Assembly: GCA_046861645.1 (NCBI GenBank) | Contig: JBHHUM010000014.1 | Location: 1 to 41,263, forward strand | Source: Fidelibacterota bacterium | Lineage (GTDB): Bacteria; Fidelibacterota; Marinisomatia; Marinisomatales; UBA2128 | DNA: 41,263 nucleotides | Reading direction: 5' to 3' | Shown here: positions 40,041 to 41,263 of the stretch, piece by piece | Layout of the letters: every line of letters starts with the position of its first letter | How positions within the stretch are numbered: position 1 is the first letter of the stretch | Notes under the pieces: generated by a model | Database searches by the model: none | Told to the model about the DNA's origin: nothing | What the model saw: only the letters and a program-made list of their open reading frames with translations | Made by a program: the position numbers and the translations under genes

Positions 40041-41263
40041 CTAAGCTTCTAAAACTCCAAAAGACTCATCGAGAATTTGAATGGCTTCATTCACTTCATT
40101 CTCAGTTATATTAAGGGGCGGGCCGAGTCGAATGGTGTTTCCATAGAGACCTCCCCGGCCGATAAGTAGACCTCGTTTCTTAGTTTCTTCCATCAGCTGG
40201 TCAGTTGCTGCGGGATTCGGTGTGCGGTCCTGAATCGTCTCGTCTATGACGAGTTCGATTGCTTGCATTAATCCCATGCCTCTCACGTCACCAATAATCT
40301 GTGGATAGGTCTCCTTCAGGCGATCCAAGCCGTAACGAAGGATGCCTCCCATGTGATAAGCGTTGGTGGTCAGGTCGTCCCGTGCAATGATATCGATGGT
40401 CGCATTGGCGGCTGTGCAGCTTACAGGGTTGCCTCCAAAGGTGGAGATGGTATTCTTAGTGAGAGATTCTGCAATGGGAGTTGTGGTTATTATTGCACCC
40501 AATGGTAGACCATTAGCAATGCCTTTGGCCATGGTTATGATATCTGGCTCCACATCGTATTGTTCGATCCCCCATCTCTTGCCGGTGCGACCCATACCAG
40601 TCTGTACTTCGTCAGAAATAAAAATACCACCATATTTCCGTATGACTTCTGCCACAATCTGAAAATATTCTTTCGGGGGAGTAATGAATCCTCCGACCCC
40701 CTGAATAGGCTCGATAAGCAGCCCGGCAACAGCTCCGGTAGTGGTGGTTTGAATCAGCTCTTCCACGTCTGTGGCACAGGCAACCTTACAGTCTGGATAG
40801 GTCAGTTTAAGAGGACAGCGGTAGCAGTAGGGCGAGAGGGCGTGTTTGACAGCAGAGACCTGCGTCGGGAGTGCTCGCCATGAGGAATGGGCTGTCAGAG
40901 ACTGAGCAAGAAGTGATCTCCCTGAGTAACCATGACGTAAGGCAATCAGTTCTGAGTTTCCAGTGTAGAGCTGTGCCAACATGACTGCGGTCTCATCAGC
41001 CTCAGTTCCTGAGGCGGTGAAAAAACACTTATTGAGTTGATCTGGCGCCATATTGGATAGCTTCTCTGCCAGTTCTACTATGGGTAGAGTGGGGTAGAGG
41101 GTCGAAATATGGGTTAACCGCTTTACTTGGGACAGGACTCTCTCATTGACATCCTTGTTGGCGTGCCCGACAGAAATAGTGAGAATGCCGCCGAAGAAGT
41201 CCAGATAGCTGTTTCCTTCGAGATCCTTGACCCTGGACCCAACGCCTTCTGTGATGACGATCG
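40041..41263 (-). CDS. Class III PLP aminotransferase, probable beta-alanine transaminase of pyrimidine catabolism; 5'-truncated by the window
   Basis: Frame stays open upstream of 41051 to the edge (...DLEGNSYLDFFGGILTISVGH...); EPIQGVGG, SDEVQTG, MAKG, TFGGNP; lies upstream of preT-preA. Confidence 0.88.
   Translation of the reverse strand, partial: IVITEGVGSRVKDLEGNSYLDFFGGILTISVGHANKDVNERVLSQVKRLTHISTLYPTLPIVELAEKLSNMAPDQLNKCFFTASGTEADETAVMLAQLYTGNSELIALRHGYSGRSLLAQSLTAHSSWRALPTQVSAVKHALSPYCYRCPLKLTYPDCKVACATDVEELIQTTTTGAVAGLLIEPIQGVGGFITPPKEYFQIVAEVIRKYGGIFISDEVQTGMGRTGKRWGIEQYDVEPDIITMAKGIANGLPLGAIITTTPIAESLTKNTISTFGGNPVSCTAANATIDIIARDDLTTNAYHMGGILRYGLDRLKETYPQIIGDVRGMGLMQAIELVIDETIQDRTPNPAATDQLMEETKKRGLLIGRGGLYGNTIRLGPPLNITENEVNEAIQILDESFGVLEA

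Noticed and set aside
40041..41051. Aminotransferase as a short 336-aa or truncated pseudogene
   Set aside because: The frame is open to the window edge with normal N-terminal motifs, so it is only cut by the window

Overview
A gene-dense chromosomal segment from a Gram-negative FCB-group bacterium, probably Candidatus Marinimicrobia or a relative. This is an inference from the archaeal/eukaryote-type ProRS, the 'YPNPFN' secretion C-terminal domain, the DGGGPS-like UbiA and the HhH beta-barrel protein. Housekeeping genes are proS, recO, eno, ftsB-like, dtd, dnaE, prmC, prfA, rpmE, aspC-like, rho, folC, murI and an amidase, plus a reductive pyrimidine catabolism cluster (preA, preT, class III aminotransferase, truncated by the window edge). 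There is a surface-glycan operon: a Wzx-GT4 fusion, Wzx, a deacetylase, two GT4s, a GT2 and a PLD. Three modules stand out. (1) A solitary Cas6b-fold protein with no CRISPR array or other cas gene in the window, apparently lacking the catalytic histidines, carrying a basic repeat-containing tail, and lying directly behind rho. (2) A sorting cassette: a secreted CTD protein, an unannotated 58-aa PID-CTERM-like micro-protein (5017-5193, missed by the ORF track), an XrtX-like exosortase and a probable catalytically dead exosortase-like partner. (3) An orphan MotA/MotB pair with Na+-type signatures and insertions, coupled to an exported SH3-like/Ig-like protein, inside the dnaE-dtd run. I saw no tRNA, rRNA, mobile element or CRISPR array. 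All family assignments come from motif recognition by eye, not from database searches.
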